Origin: Elusimicrobiota bacterium | GTDB taxonomy: Bacteria > Elusimicrobiota > Elusimicrobia > F11 | Direction: 5' to 3' | DNA: 64,000 nucleotides | Assembly: GCA_022072025.1 (NCBI GenBank) | Contig: JAJVIP010000017.1 | Span: 53,462-117,461, forward strand | Shown here: piece by piece, positions 8,843 to 19,199 of the stretch | Position numbering within the stretch: position 1 is the stretch's first letter | Layout of the letters: each line of letters begins with the position of its first letter | Notes under the pieces: generated by a model | Databases searched by the model: none | Told to the model about the DNA's origin: nothing | Seen by the model: only the letters and a program-made list of their open reading frames with translations | Position numbers and translations under genes: made by a program

Positions 8843-10996
8843 TTGATGATGTCAGTATTAGAGATTCGCCATATCTTGACGTTTGTTATTTTGTTCACAG
8901 CGCTTGTAAACCTGGCGCTGGGTGGGCTGGTTTTTATGGACAGTCCACGACGAACGGTGAACCGTCTTTTTGCGGTATTGACCACTATTTTGTTTTTTAC
9001 AGGTTTGTCTTTTATTGGTCTCAATTACGCCAACACCCCTTTTGTTTCCCTCATATGGTCCCGGGTCTACATCGTTGGACTCCTGTTCGTTTCTCCCTTG
9101 TATTATCATCTGGTTCTCGGCAGCATTGGGGCACAACATAAGGCCCAAAATAATTTACTTTCAGGATTTTTCGAGCGAGTTAAGCAATTGGCCTATGTGT
9201 TTAGCGGGGGCTGGTTACTGTTGATATTGGGGGGACTCACACCCCATCAGTTGGCCAAATTTGCCTTCTTTTCAGTACCGAATGTGGGAAAACAATTTTG
9301 GGTGGCCGCTGTTTTGTTCGGCATTCTTGTCTTGATCGCCTTCACACTTTTGGCACGGCAAACCAAAGAGTCCAAAGACCCCACCCAGAAAAGTCGGTTG
9401 ATGTATATGTTGTTTGGTTCCGGGATTATGGCAACCTTTGTTCTAATGATCCTACCCATGGTTTTCTGGGGGGGCGTTGATGCCAGCTGGATCTTTCCTG
9501 GCGCCCACATCGCCTCGCTTCTTTGTGTCACCCTCATTGCCTACTCCCTGACCACCAGTCATCTTTATCACTTCTCTGAATTACTAAGAAAAACATTGGC
9601 CTTCCTCGTCATGACCTTCATCTTGTTGAGTGTTTTCGGAGGAACACATCTTCTTTCTAGGAATTTGTTGTTTCCATACTTGCCCAACAGTGACTTCTTT
9701 TCGCTGGGACTCTCCTCTATTTTCATGGCGCTCTTGTTTCACCCTTTGCGCTACCGTGTCCAAAACATGGTGGATCGTATATTCTTCTCTCAGAGATACG
9801 ATCAAATGCAACGCCTCCGCGGACTCTCCCGTCGCGTTCTCTCATCAGCGGATCGTGATGAACTGCTCAATATTTTTTTCTCCAGCCTTCAAAGCATTGG
9901 CTTTGGTTCCATCAGTCTCATGTTAAAAGATCCTCAAAAATCCATTTTTCAAATTAAAAAAGGTGTGGGTTTATCCGAAAGCGCGGAAGGATTTTTCCTT
10001 CGGAATGATTCGCTGCTGATTCAACATGTCCGCGAAGAGAAAGGGGAACTCATCAGGGACGAAGTCTTGCGTCGCATACTCACCGACTGGGAACGGCAAG
10101 CCATCAGTGATGAAATGGAAGTTCTCCAAGCCGAGATTGCTTTTCCTCTGTTTTCAACCAGAAGACGAGCTCTCTTTGGCGTGATCACGCTCGGCAATTC
10201 CGAATTGGGTTATTCCTCTTACAAAGGAAGAAACATTTTTTGGCTCAAGGCTCTCATCGATAACGCGGGTATCATGTTGGATAATTTTTATCATCAAGAT
10301 TTCGCGAACGCGTTGGTCCCTTACGTGGGAAAAACCTGGGCGGTCGAAATGCGGCGCAACAAAGAAGGGTTTCGAGAACGCTTGGCCGGCCACCGCACCT
10401 GGGTGACGGTTCTTATGGTTGACATACGACATTTCACCCCGCTGTCCGGCCGATTGGATCCAAGAGAAGTGGTGGAACTCCTTAAGGATTTTCGTTCGCG
10501 GGTGGCCCCGGTGGTGTATAAAAATCAAGGCACCATTGATAAGTTCATAGGAGACGCCATTATGGTCGTGTTTGGTTTGCCCATTCTCCCCAAATTGTCC
10601 AACCCTGATTTAAATGCCGTCAAATGCGCCCTGGAAATCATGAAGGAAATTGACGGACTCAATCACGTGCGACTGCAAGCCGGAAAGGAACCTATTTCAA
10701 TTGGAATCGGCGTGTCATCGGGAGAGGTGATCGCTGGAAACGTGGACTCTGGCGATCGAGTGGAATATACGGTTATTGGAGACGCGGTTAATATGGTGGC
10801 ACGAATTGAAGACCTGGCGGGCGACAACCAAATATTGCTTTCACCCGCCACTTACAACCAAGTAAAAGAAATGATTATGGCCAAAGCTTGGCAACCAAGA
10901 TTTCTAGCTGGGTTTGAACAAGCCATTATGCTTTACGAACTTTCTTCCATGCTTCAATTGGAATCTGAAACACAACCGTTGGCCTCCAACCAATAA
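8843..10996 (+). CDS. Membrane-anchored class III adenylate/guanylate cyclase with a polytopic N-terminal domain
   Basis: About 8 predicted TM helices at the N-terminus. C-terminal CYCc motifs include VTVLMVDIRHFTPLS, FIGDAIMVVFG and TVIGDAVNMVARIE. Confidence 0.8.
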   Translation: MMMSVLEIRHILTFVILFTALVNLALGGLVFMDSPRRTVNRLFAVLTTILFFTGLSFIGLNYANTPFVSLIWSRVYIVGLLFVSPLYYHLVLGSIGAQHKAQNNLLSGFFERVKQLAYVFSGGWLLLILGGLTPHQLAKFAFFSVPNVGKQFWVAAVLFGILVLIAFTLLARQTKESKDPTQKSRLMYMLFGSGIMATFVLMILPMVFWGGVDASWIFPGAHIASLLCVTLIAYSLTTSHLYHFSELLRKTLAFLVMTFILLSVFGGTHLLSRNLLFPYLPNSDFFSLGLSSIFMALLFHPLRYRVQNMVDRIFFSQRYDQMQRLRGLSRRVLSSADRDELLNIFFSSLQSIGFGSISLMLKDPQKSIFQIKKGVGLSESAEGFFLRNDSLLIQHVREEKGELIRDEVLRRILTDWERQAISDEMEVLQAEIAFPLFSTRRRALFGVITLGNSELGYSSYKGRNIFWLKALIDNAGIMLDNFYHQDFANALVPYVGKTWAVEMRRNKEGFRERLAGHRTWVTVLMVDIRHFTPLSGRLDPREVVELLKDFRSRVAPVVYKNQGTIDKFIGDAIMVVFGLPILPKLSNPDLNAVKCALEIMKEIDGLNHVRLQAGKEPISIGIGVSSGEVIAGNVDSGDRVEYTVIGDAVNMVARIEDLAGDNQILLSPATYNQVKEMIMAKAWQPRFLAGFEQAIMLYELSSMLQLESETQPLASNQ

Positions 10997-11005
10997 ATCT
11001 TTCCC

Positions 11006-11683
11006 ATGCCCCACACCAATCTCCTTGTTATTTTCGTTAAAGCTCCCATTCCCGGACAGGTCAAAACCCGCTTGATGCCTCATTTAAATGGAACCGAATG
11101 CGCAGAACTCTATACCTGTTTCGTAAAAGACATCCTTAATACCGTTTCCCAGCTCGTGAACACGAAAATCCTCGTGGCTTACCAACCCCATGCCCCATAT
11201 CCGGATCTCGCTTGGACTGGCCTCAAAAAATCTTTCGACACCCTCTCTCAACAAGGAAAAACTTTGGGAGAGCGCCTTGCCCACGCAACGGGCCTCTCCT
11301 TTGGCCGGGGAGCCAAACGGGTGGTCATCATTGGAAGCGACGCTCCCAACTTTCCGCTCGCACACGTCACGCAGGCTTTTGACCTTCTCCACAAATGTGA
11401 TGTTGTTTTGGGCCCCGCCCTTGATGGGGGATACACGCTGATCGGATTATCTCGACCAACTCTTAAACTCTTTGAAAATATCAACTGGTCCACCGATCAA
11501 GTTTATGACCAAACCCTTCAGCAGGCTGCCAACCTGGGGCTGGCATTGAAAGTTCTTCCTACGCATTATGATGTGGATACTTTTCAAGAGCTCCTTCAGC
11601 TGAAAAACGATCTTTCCACCACTCCTCACGCAGCGCCCTTGACCTTTGACTATCTCACGCATGCCCTTTCTGTTCCTTTCTAA
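11006..11683 (+). CDS. DUF2064 / TIGR04282-like putative nucleotidyl/glycosyl-transferase
   Basis: LLVIFVKAPIPGQVKTRL...VVIIGSDAPNFP...LGPALDGGYTLIGL matches the DUF2064 pattern. Confidence 0.55.
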   Translation: MPHTNLLVIFVKAPIPGQVKTRLMPHLNGTECAELYTCFVKDILNTVSQLVNTKILVAYQPHAPYPDLAWTGLKKSFDTLSQQGKTLGERLAHATGLSFGRGAKRVVIIGSDAPNFPLAHVTQAFDLLHKCDVVLGPALDGGYTLIGLSRPTLKLFENINWSTDQVYDQTLQQAANLGLALKVLPTHYDVDTFQELLQLKNDLSTTPHAAPLTFDYLTHALSVPF

Positions 11684-11701
11684 ATTCCAAAACGCTTTCC
11701 G

Positions 11702-11730
11702 TTGACAAAATGAAGCGGATGGTGTTTAAT
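11702..11730 (+). promoter_or_regulatory. Sigma70-like promoter TTGACA-17-TTTAAT upstream of feoB
   Basis: Hexamers read directly. Located 30 nt upstream of the feoB ATG. Confidence 0.45.
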
Positions 11731-11760
11731 GAAACCAAATTTCAATAAGAAACTTAACAT

Positions 11761-13686
11761 ATGCCCACAGAATCGATCTCATCATCTCCCAATACCCCCA
11801 AAATCCCACCGCCCCGAAAGCGGAAAACCGCGGCCATAGTTGGCCATCCAAACGTTGGAAAATCAGTGATATTCCATGCTTTAACAGGTAAATATGTCAC
11901 GGTTTCTAATTTTCCAGGTACCACCGTAGACCTTTCCCAAGGGGTCGGAAAAATCAACGAAAATGAGTGGGACATCACCGATACCCCTGGTGTTCTCAGT
12001 CTCTTAGCCAAAACTGAAGATGAACGCGTCGCCCGGGACTTTCTCATCAAGTGTCAACCCGATGTGGTGATCCAAGTGGCCGACGCAAAAAATCTCTCCA
12101 AAGCCTTGCATCTAACCCTAGAGCTCTCAGAATTTAATTTACCCATGGTTTTGGTGTTGAATATGTCAGACGAACGGGAGGACCGCGGACTTCATATTGA
12201 CGTGCCGCGTTTGAGCAAAATACTCGGGGTTCCGGTCATCGAAACCGTGGCCGTTGATGGAGAGGGAATACCCGCCCTCAAAAGCGCCCTTACCCAAGCA
12301 ACGCTTCCGTGTATTTCGCCACAATATGATGCCGCTTTAACAACGGCCCTCGAAAGGGTTGAAAAACAGATGATCACGCCTGGCTCCAACAGTCGAGCCA
12401 AAGCGGTGTATGAATTAACCAGAAATAAAGCTGCCCACACCCAGTTTGCCCGCCCTGTGGAAGTCCTTTTTTTTGAAGGGAAACAAAAAGTGGTGCAAGA
12501 AGCAGTGGGGGAAGTTCTCTCTCTCCAAAAACCCGGTGAAACCTCTTGGCTGGGAAAATTGGGCAATTGGTCCATGCGCCCCTTTCCCGGATACCTATTT
12601 GCTGCTTTCACCCTTTTCGCTCTCTATGAATTCGTTGGCGTGTTTGGGGCCGGGACATTGGTTGGATTTTTGGAGGAAAATATTTTTGGAGGTTGGATCA
12701 ACCCAGCTGTCACAGCAGTTGTGACCAAACTGATCTCCTTCACATGGATCCAAGATTTCCTTATCGGCGAATATGGGGTTATCACCATGGCATTGACCTA
12801 TGCCTTCGCGCTTATCTTGCCAATTGTAACCACCTTTTTCTTGTTTTTTGGACTTCTGGAGGATTCCGGTTATTTGCCCCGTCTCGCCGTTATGATGGAC
12901 CGATTCTTTAGACTCATGGGCCTTAATGGACGCGCGGTTCTCCCCATGGTGTTGGGACTCGGATGTGACACCATGGCCACCGTCACCACCCGAATCCTCG
13001 ACACAAAGCGAGAAAAGTTTATTCTCTCTTTGCTTTTGACCCTCTCAGTGCCTTGTTCCGCCCAGTTGGGAGCGGTGATGGGCATGGCTGCCGGACAATC
13101 CTGGAAAGTGCTTCTTGTTTGGTTTGTGGTGTTGGCCATCACAATGCTCTTGGTGGGTTGGGGGGCCGCCAAATTATTGCCGGGCGCGCGATCGCCTTTT
13201 CTCATGGAATTACCTCCGCTGCGCATCCCCAAAATTTCAAACATTTTCAAAAAAGTAAAAGCGCGCCTCAAATGGTACACCAAAGAAGTAATTCCTTTGT
13301 TTATTTTGGCCACGTCTATTTTATTCGTCTTGGACAAACTTAAAATTCTTGAAAAGCTTGAGAGTTTTGTGGCGCCGCTTGTGGTGTCGTTTTTAGGCCT
13401 TCCGGCCAAAGCCAGCGAAGCCTTTTTAATTGGATTCCTCAGACGGGATTATGGCGCCGCAGGCTTTTTCAAAATGGCCCAAGCAGGGCTTTTGGACACG
13501 AGGCAAATTACAGTCAGCATGGTCGTGATCACCCTTTTTATGCCGTGCGTCGCGCACCTACTCATCACGATCAAAGAACGGGGAATAAAAGCGGCCAGCG
13601 CGATCACTCTTTTCGTGATGACCTTTGCGCTTTCGGTCGGCGGCCTCTTGAATTGGGTTCTCAAATGGAGTCAACTGCTCTCATGA
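11761..13686 (+). CDS. feoB: Ferrous iron transporter FeoB
   Basis: G-domain motifs GHPNVGKS, DTPG and NMSD, followed by a polytopic membrane domain. 641 aa. Confidence 0.9.
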   Translation: MPTESISSSPNTPKIPPPRKRKTAAIVGHPNVGKSVIFHALTGKYVTVSNFPGTTVDLSQGVGKINENEWDITDTPGVLSLLAKTEDERVARDFLIKCQPDVVIQVADAKNLSKALHLTLELSEFNLPMVLVLNMSDEREDRGLHIDVPRLSKILGVPVIETVAVDGEGIPALKSALTQATLPCISPQYDAALTTALERVEKQMITPGSNSRAKAVYELTRNKAAHTQFARPVEVLFFEGKQKVVQEAVGEVLSLQKPGETSWLGKLGNWSMRPFPGYLFAAFTLFALYEFVGVFGAGTLVGFLEENIFGGWINPAVTAVVTKLISFTWIQDFLIGEYGVITMALTYAFALILPIVTTFFLFFGLLEDSGYLPRLAVMMDRFFRLMGLNGRAVLPMVLGLGCDTMATVTTRILDTKREKFILSLLLTLSVPCSAQLGAVMGMAAGQSWKVLLVWFVVLAITMLLVGWGAAKLLPGARSPFLMELPPLRIPKISNIFKKVKARLKWYTKEVIPLFILATSILFVLDKLKILEKLESFVAPLVVSFLGLPAKASEAFLIGFLRRDYGAAGFFKMAQAGLLDTRQITVSMVVITLFMPCVAHLLITIKERGIKAASAITLFVMTFALSVGGLLNWVLKWSQLLS

Positions 13687-14369
13687 ACAATCTCTCCACC
13701 CCCATGACACGCCTTCCCAATGAAAATGACGAATTATTGGAAGAGGCTTTAAGTGAAATTTTTGAGGCTCGTGAAAACGGCCAATGCTCCGCAACACAGA
13801 TCACTCAACTTCTCAACCAAAAAATTAAACCCGGCATTCTCGAAGAACTCAAACTTCGTCATTCTGTTGAAGAAAAATCAGGTGAGATTCACCTCTCCAG
13901 CACCGGCGAAAAGTTGGCTCATGAAGTGATTCGTCGCAAACGTTTGGCGGAACGATTGCTCAAGGATGTTTTAAATGTAAAAGATGAATTTATCGATCCC
14001 GCCGCTTGCCAGTGGGAACACATCCTCTCAAAAGAAGTCACAGATTCTATATGCACGCTTTTGGGTCATCCCGTTCAATCGCCTCGCCACCTTAAAATCC
14101 CCGAAGGGGAATGTTGCAAAGCCGCCGTGAAAGCGGTGGAACCGGTAATCTGTTCACTTGATCTGCTGAGTCTCGGAGCCAAGGCAAAAATCTCCTACCT
14201 TTTGGTCAAGCAAAATCCGGAACTTGGTCGACTCCTTTCACTGGGACTGGTTCCAGGGACTCTGATTCAAGTGATCCAACGCTTTCCGACATTTGTGGTT
14301 CAAGCCGGTGAAACTCAATTGGCTTTCGATGATTCAATCGCCCAATCCATATTCGTTCATCCGATTTAG
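13683..14369 (+). CDS. DtxR/IdeR-family metal-dependent transcriptional regulator with a C-terminal FeoA/SH3-like domain
   Basis: ATGA overlap with the feoB stop. HEVIRRKRLAERLL...WEHILS matches the DtxR dimerisation/metal-site region. The C-terminal LVPGTLIQVI is FeoA-like. Confidence 0.75.
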   Translation: MNNLSTPMTRLPNENDELLEEALSEIFEARENGQCSATQITQLLNQKIKPGILEELKLRHSVEEKSGEIHLSSTGEKLAHEVIRRKRLAERLLKDVLNVKDEFIDPAACQWEHILSKEVTDSICTLLGHPVQSPRHLKIPEGECCKAAVKAVEPVICSLDLLSLGAKAKISYLLVKQNPELGRLLSLGLVPGTLIQVIQRFPTFVVQAGETQLAFDDSIAQSIFVHPI

Positions 14370-14420
14370 AAATCACTCTGAAGCGAACGGGTTTCCGTCG
14401 AACAACATTCACAGCCCTCC

Positions 14421-14449
14421 TTGACATGAAGGAAGTAGGTGGTTAAACT
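14421..14449 (+). promoter_or_regulatory. Sigma70-like promoter TTGACA-17-TAAACT upstream of korA
   Basis: Read directly. Confidence 0.4.
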
Positions 14450-14497
14450 CGAAACTGTCCCAAAAACATCGTCGTTTTTCAACCAAAGGATCCATAA

Positions 14498-16219
14498 ATG
14501 CAGAGCAATTTGACTGTTCGTATCGCCGGTGAAGGTGGGGAAGGTGTTATTTCGACCGGTGAACTTTTAACCACCGCTGTCGCCCGCGCCAGACGAGACG
14601 TTTTCACTTTTCGCACCTATCCCGCTGAAATCAAAGGCGGTCCCGCGATGTTTCAACTGAGGTTCGCTGATCATCCCGTTCTCTCCGTCGGAACCAAACT
14701 GGATGTTTTATTGGCCTTCAATGAAGAAGCCGTTGACTTACACGCCGCCGAATTGAAAAACGATGGCCTGTTGGTGTATGACTCTTCCGTTTTTGACCCC
14801 GAAAAGAAAGTTCCTCCCACTGTTCAATTGTACGGAGCCCCCCTCACATCCATCGCCGCAGAAGGGGTGGGACTCAAAAAATCAAAAAACATGGTGGCAT
14901 TGGCTCTCATGGGCCAGTTGGTGGGAATCCCGCTGGAGGGCTTCAAATCGATCCTTGAAGAGAAATTCGGAAAAAAAGGAGAAGATGTTCTTGAGAAAAA
15001 CTTGAAGGCGATCGATGAAGGCTACAAATGGGGAGAAACTCACCCCGTCGGCCGAGATCTGCACGTGCCAGCCAGTGTCAGAAAAGAACGGAAATTGATC
15101 ATGTCGGGAAATGAAGCGATGTCGGCCGGGGCCATGGCTGCCGGATGCCGTTATTACGCGGGATACCCCATTACGCCAGCCTCTGATATTTTGAGTTTCA
15201 TGGAAAAACAATTACCTCGCTTTGGCGGCGTGGCGGTTCAAACCGAAGATGAAATTTCCGCTATCGCTTCTTGCGTGGGCGCCTCCTTCGCTGGAGCCAA
15301 AGCCCTGACCGCCACTTCCGGCCCCGGTCTTTCCTTGATGGCGGAAGTGCTGGGACTCTCATCTATGACCGAAACGCCGGTGGTCATTGTGGATGCGCAA
15401 CGGTCCGGCCCCTCCACTGGAATGCCAACCAAAACCGAACAGTCCGATTTGGCCTTCGCCGTAAACATGGGCCATGGCGACGCCCCGCGCGTGGTGATGG
15501 CCCCGTCCAATGTCAAAGATTGTTTCTATGGAATGGTTAAAGCTTTTTATATCGCGGAGAAGTATCAGATTCCTGTAGTCATGTTGTCTGATCAGTCGCT
15601 TTCCCACAGAACCCAAACGTTTACTCGTCCCAATCTCGAAAATCTTCAAAACTCCAACCGCTTACGTGCTTCAAAAAATGGGGAATACAAACGGTTCTTG
15701 GACACGGAAAACGGCGTCTCGCCTGTTTCTTTTCCAGGGGACGAGGGGCTTTGCTACGTGAATACCGGCTTGGAACATGACGAACTGGGCCATCCCAGTT
15801 GGTCTCCCAGCAACCATCAACGCATGTCGGCCAAACGTCACCGAAAACTTGATTTCATCGCTAAAGAAAAAGGATTTACACGGCTCTACGGAGATGAACA
15901 TGCCACGGTTGGTGTAATCTGCTGGGGGTCCACCGAAGGCCCTGTGGAGGAAGCGATCGGTATGGCCGCCAAACAAGGGCTTGAAGTGAAAGCCCTAACC
16001 ATCAAAATGATTCATCCCCTTCCAGACGAAGAAATACGCAGTTTCTTGTTGGGACTCAAACATGTGCTTGTGCCTGAAATCAATTTTACCGGGCAGCTCT
16101 GCCAAATTTTACGGGCCAAATATTTGTATCCCTTCCAGTCTTTTACCAAGTGCAATGGCATGCCCTTCGATCCCGATGAAATATTTGACCGCATTGAGGA
16201 GGTGATCCGTCGTGCCTGA
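14498..16219 (+). CDS. korA: 2-oxoacid:ferredoxin oxidoreductase, fused gamma/alpha subunit (KorA-like)
   Basis: N-terminal RIAGEGGEGVISTG gamma-domain motif followed by alpha-subunit domains. 573 aa. Confidence 0.8.
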   Translation: MQSNLTVRIAGEGGEGVISTGELLTTAVARARRDVFTFRTYPAEIKGGPAMFQLRFADHPVLSVGTKLDVLLAFNEEAVDLHAAELKNDGLLVYDSSVFDPEKKVPPTVQLYGAPLTSIAAEGVGLKKSKNMVALALMGQLVGIPLEGFKSILEEKFGKKGEDVLEKNLKAIDEGYKWGETHPVGRDLHVPASVRKERKLIMSGNEAMSAGAMAAGCRYYAGYPITPASDILSFMEKQLPRFGGVAVQTEDEISAIASCVGASFAGAKALTATSGPGLSLMAEVLGLSSMTETPVVIVDAQRSGPSTGMPTKTEQSDLAFAVNMGHGDAPRVVMAPSNVKDCFYGMVKAFYIAEKYQIPVVMLSDQSLSHRTQTFTRPNLENLQNSNRLRASKNGEYKRFLDTENGVSPVSFPGDEGLCYVNTGLEHDELGHPSWSPSNHQRMSAKRHRKLDFIAKEKGFTRLYGDEHATVGVICWGSTEGPVEEAIGMAAKQGLEVKALTIKMIHPLPDEEIRSFLLGLKHVLVPEINFTGQLCQILRAKYLYPFQSFTKCNGMPFDPDEIFDRIEEVIRRA

Positions 16220-17069
16220 GATTTCTCAAATAAAAGCAAAAACTGAAAACTATAAAAGCACGGTACCTGTCACCTGGTGTCCCGGTTGCGGCGATTTTTC
16301 TGTGCTTCATGCTGTCTATAAAGCTATGGGAATTCTATCGCTTGATCCGAAAGACACCGTGATCGCTTCTGGGATTGGGTGCTCGGGCCGACTCCCGATA
16401 TTCACCACCTGTTATGGATTTCATGGTGTTCATGGACGTGTCCTTCCCACAGCGACCGGAATCAAACTCGCCAACCCTAAACTGCATGTGTTTGCTGTTG
16501 GCGGAGATGGAGACGGATTGGCCATCGGGGGAGGACATTTTCCCCACGCCGCTAGACGCAATGTTGATATCACCTATATCATGCTCGACAACTCCATTTA
16601 TGGTTTGACAAAAGGTCAAGCCTCTCCCACCACAGGAAAAAATTCGTCTGCTCGAAGTTTGCCGTATGGAGCGGCTGAGGACAATTTGAATCCAATTGGA
16701 TTGGCGTTGGCCTACAACGCTTCCTTTGTGGCGAGAGGGTTTTCAGGACAACTGAACCAACTGATTGATTTGATCGTCCGCGCGGCTCGCCACCCGGGGT
16801 TTTCTTTCCTTCATGTCATTTCTCCCTGCGTGGTTTTTAACAACACCTACCCTTACTACTCGAAAAACGTAACCATGATCCCCGACTCGCATGACCCCAA
16901 AAACAAATTGGCAGCCCTCGATTTGTGGCAAGATCCCGACAAAACCTACATTGGTGTTTTCCACGAAGTGATTCGCGATTCTTATGCCAAAAGAACGGAA
17001 AAAATTATCGACATCGCGCAATCCAAGGGCAAGGGAGACATGAATTTTTTGCTCGATAGTTTCCGCTAA
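16212..17069 (+). CDS. korB: 2-oxoacid:ferredoxin oxidoreductase beta subunit (TPP-binding)
   Basis: WCPGCGDFSV and GIGCSGR TPP-binding motifs. Overlaps korA by 8 nt. Confidence 0.8.
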   Translation: MPEISQIKAKTENYKSTVPVTWCPGCGDFSVLHAVYKAMGILSLDPKDTVIASGIGCSGRLPIFTTCYGFHGVHGRVLPTATGIKLANPKLHVFAVGGDGDGLAIGGGHFPHAARRNVDITYIMLDNSIYGLTKGQASPTTGKNSSARSLPYGAAEDNLNPIGLALAYNASFVARGFSGQLNQLIDLIVRAARHPGFSFLHVISPCVVFNNTYPYYSKNVTMIPDSHDPKNKLAALDLWQDPDKTYIGVFHEVIRDSYAKRTEKIIDIAQSKGKGDMNFLLDSFR

Positions 17070-17077
17070 TTCCCTCA

Positions 17078-18256
17078 ATGAAATTTTACGAGTATCAAGC
17101 CAAAGCGATCTATGATCGTTTTAAAATCCCAAAACCTCAGGGAGAAGTGGCCTTTGATCTTAAATCCGTCCCCAAAGCGTTAAAAAAATTGGGGAAAGGT
17201 CCCTGGGCCATTAAAGCGCAGGTGCTGGCTGGAGGTCGAGGAAAGGCGGGCGGAGTCAAGATCGTCAAAACCCCCAAGGAAGCGGGAATCCTCGCCAAAA
17301 CTCTTTTTTCAAAACCGCTGGTCACCCATCAAACCGGACCCCAAGGGGAAAAGGTCATGGCTCTCTTGATTGAAAAATCGCTTCCCAAAATATCGAGAGA
17401 ACTTTATGTCAGCATTGTTCTGGACCGAAAAACGGCCTCCCCACTTCTCATGGCGGCCAAAGAAGGGGGAATGGATATCGAAACCTTGGCCAAAGAACGT
17501 CCCGAGGCACTCCACCGCTTTTCCATTGATCCGCTGGAAGGCTTACCTCAGTACCGTTCTCGAAAAATCGCAAAGAGTTTGGGATTAAGCGGAAAACTTC
17601 TTAATGAAGGAGCCTCCCTTTTATCCAAACTTTATGCGATTTTTGTCGCAACCGACGCCAACATGGTTGAGGTCAATCCGTTGGCTGTAACGGAGAGTGG
17701 AGAATTGATGGCGTTGGATGGAAAAATTTCAACCGATGACAACGCGCTTTTCCGCCACGAAGATCAAATGACCTGGAAAAAATTGATGCCACAACCAGTG
17801 GCCGAAAAAAGGGCGCTTAAAGCAAAAATCTCGTACATAAAATTGGACGGGAATGTGGGCTGCCTGGTCAATGGCGCAGGTCTCGCGATGGCCACCATGG
17901 ACATCATCAAACTACACGGAGGGGAACCCGCCAACTTTCTGGATGTGGGGGGCGGAGCCAATGCCGAACAAGTCACTGAAGCGTTTAAAATTATCCTCTC
18001 TGACAAACGGGTTGAGGGAATTCTCGTGAATATTTTTGGCGGAATCATGCGATGCGACGTGATTGCCGAAGGCATCATTGCCGCGGTCAAGAAAATTAAA
18101 CTCAAGGTTCCACTCGTCGTTCGCCTGGAAGGGAATAAATCAGAAGAAGGGAAAAAAATGCTGGCCGATTCCAAACTACCGCTTCAAGCCGCCACCAGTC
18201 TATCCGAAGCCGCGGAAATGATCGTTACAGCCATAAAAAACAGGAATAAGTCATGA
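17078..18256 (+). CDS. sucC: Succinyl-CoA synthetase beta subunit (ADP-forming)
   Basis: [21 protein letters not shown]-grasp N-terminus. 392 aa. Confidence 0.9.
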   Translation: MKFYEYQAKAIYDRFKIPKPQGEVAFDLKSVPKALKKLGKGPWAIKAQVLAGGRGKAGGVKIVKTPKEAGILAKTLFSKPLVTHQTGPQGEKVMALLIEKSLPKISRELYVSIVLDRKTASPLLMAAKEGGMDIETLAKERPEALHRFSIDPLEGLPQYRSRKIAKSLGLSGKLLNEGASLLSKLYAIFVATDANMVEVNPLAVTESGELMALDGKISTDDNALFRHEDQMTWKKLMPQPVAEKRALKAKISYIKLDGNVGCLVNGAGLAMATMDIIKLHGGEPANFLDVGGGANAEQVTEAFKIILSDKRVEGILVNIFGGIMRCDVIAEGIIAAVKKIKLKVPLVVRLEGNKSEEGKKMLADSKLPLQAATSLSEAAEMIVTAIKNRNKS

Positions 18257-19158
18257 GTATCCTTCTTGACACCACATCCAGAGTTATTTGCCAAGGAATC
18301 ACCGGGGCGGCGGGATCCTTCCACACCAAACTCTGCAAAGAATATGGAACCAAGATGGTGGGAGGCGTCACCCCGGGGAAAGGGGGATCCCAATTTGAAG
18401 GAATTCCCATTTATGACACAGTGGACGAAGCCGTAATAGACACCCAAGCCAATGTGTCTATGATATTTGTTCCTGCGCCCTTGTGCGCCGAGGCTATTTT
18501 AGAGGCCATGGAAGCCGGCATTCAATTGATTGTGGCCATCACGGAAGGAATTCCCGTCATGGACATGGTCAAAGTCAAACACAAAATGACGGCGTGGAAC
18601 AAGGGGAAAAAAGCTGAAGAAAAAGTTCGGCTTATTGGTCCCAATTGCCCCGGCGTGATCACCGTGGATGCCTGCAAGGTGGGGATTATGCCGGGCTATA
18701 TTCACAAAAAAGGCCCCATCGGCATTGTGTCACGTTCCGGGACGCTCACCTATGAAGCAGTTTGGCAACTCACCAAACTGGGCATCGGTCAATCAACGGT
18801 GGTTGGTATTGGCGGAGACCCGGTCAATGGAACAGATTTTGTGGACGTCCTGGAACTATTCCAGAAAGATTCCTCTACTCAAGCGGTGGTCATGCTTGGA
18901 GAAATTGGAGGCCGCGCTGAAGAAGAGGCCGCCCATTTTTTTAAAACTCAAATGAACAAACCCCTTTTTGCCTTTGTGGCGGGAATCACGGCTCCCGCTG
19001 GAAAAAGAATGGGACATGCCGGAGCCATTGTTGAAGGAGGGTCCGGAAAGGCGGAAGATAAAATTGCGGAACTCAAACGAAATGGCGTGATTGTGGCCGA
19101 ATCCCCTGCCACCATCGGAATTACTGTGCGGGACCATTTTGTCCCAGTGAATCGGTAG
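18253..19158 (+). CDS. sucD: Succinyl-CoA synthetase alpha subunit
   Basis: [15 protein letters not shown]...[15 protein letters not shown] carries the phosphohistidine loop. ATGA overlap with sucC. Confidence 0.9.
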   Translation: MSILLDTTSRVICQGITGAAGSFHTKLCKEYGTKMVGGVTPGKGGSQFEGIPIYDTVDEAVIDTQANVSMIFVPAPLCAEAILEAMEAGIQLIVAITEGIPVMDMVKVKHKMTAWNKGKKAEEKVRLIGPNCPGVITVDACKVGIMPGYIHKKGPIGIVSRSGTLTYEAVWQLTKLGIGQSTVVGIGGDPVNGTDFVDVLELFQKDSSTQAVVMLGEIGGRAEEEAAHFFKTQMNKPLFAFVAGITAPAGKRMGHAGAIVEGGSGKAEDKIAELKRNGVIVAESPATIGITVRDHFVPVNR

Positions 19159-19199
19159 TGGTTCCTCTCCCAACCTCCCCTGTCAACTCGGATTTTGCA

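Noticed and set aside
12192-13409. Several minus-strand ORFs of 100-180 aa inside feoB
   Set aside because: They are fully embedded antisense to a well-supported conserved CDS. Their composition is low-complexity.
14763-15650. Multiple ORFs of 80-110 aa on both strands inside korA
   Set aside because: Shadow ORFs of a highly conserved gene.
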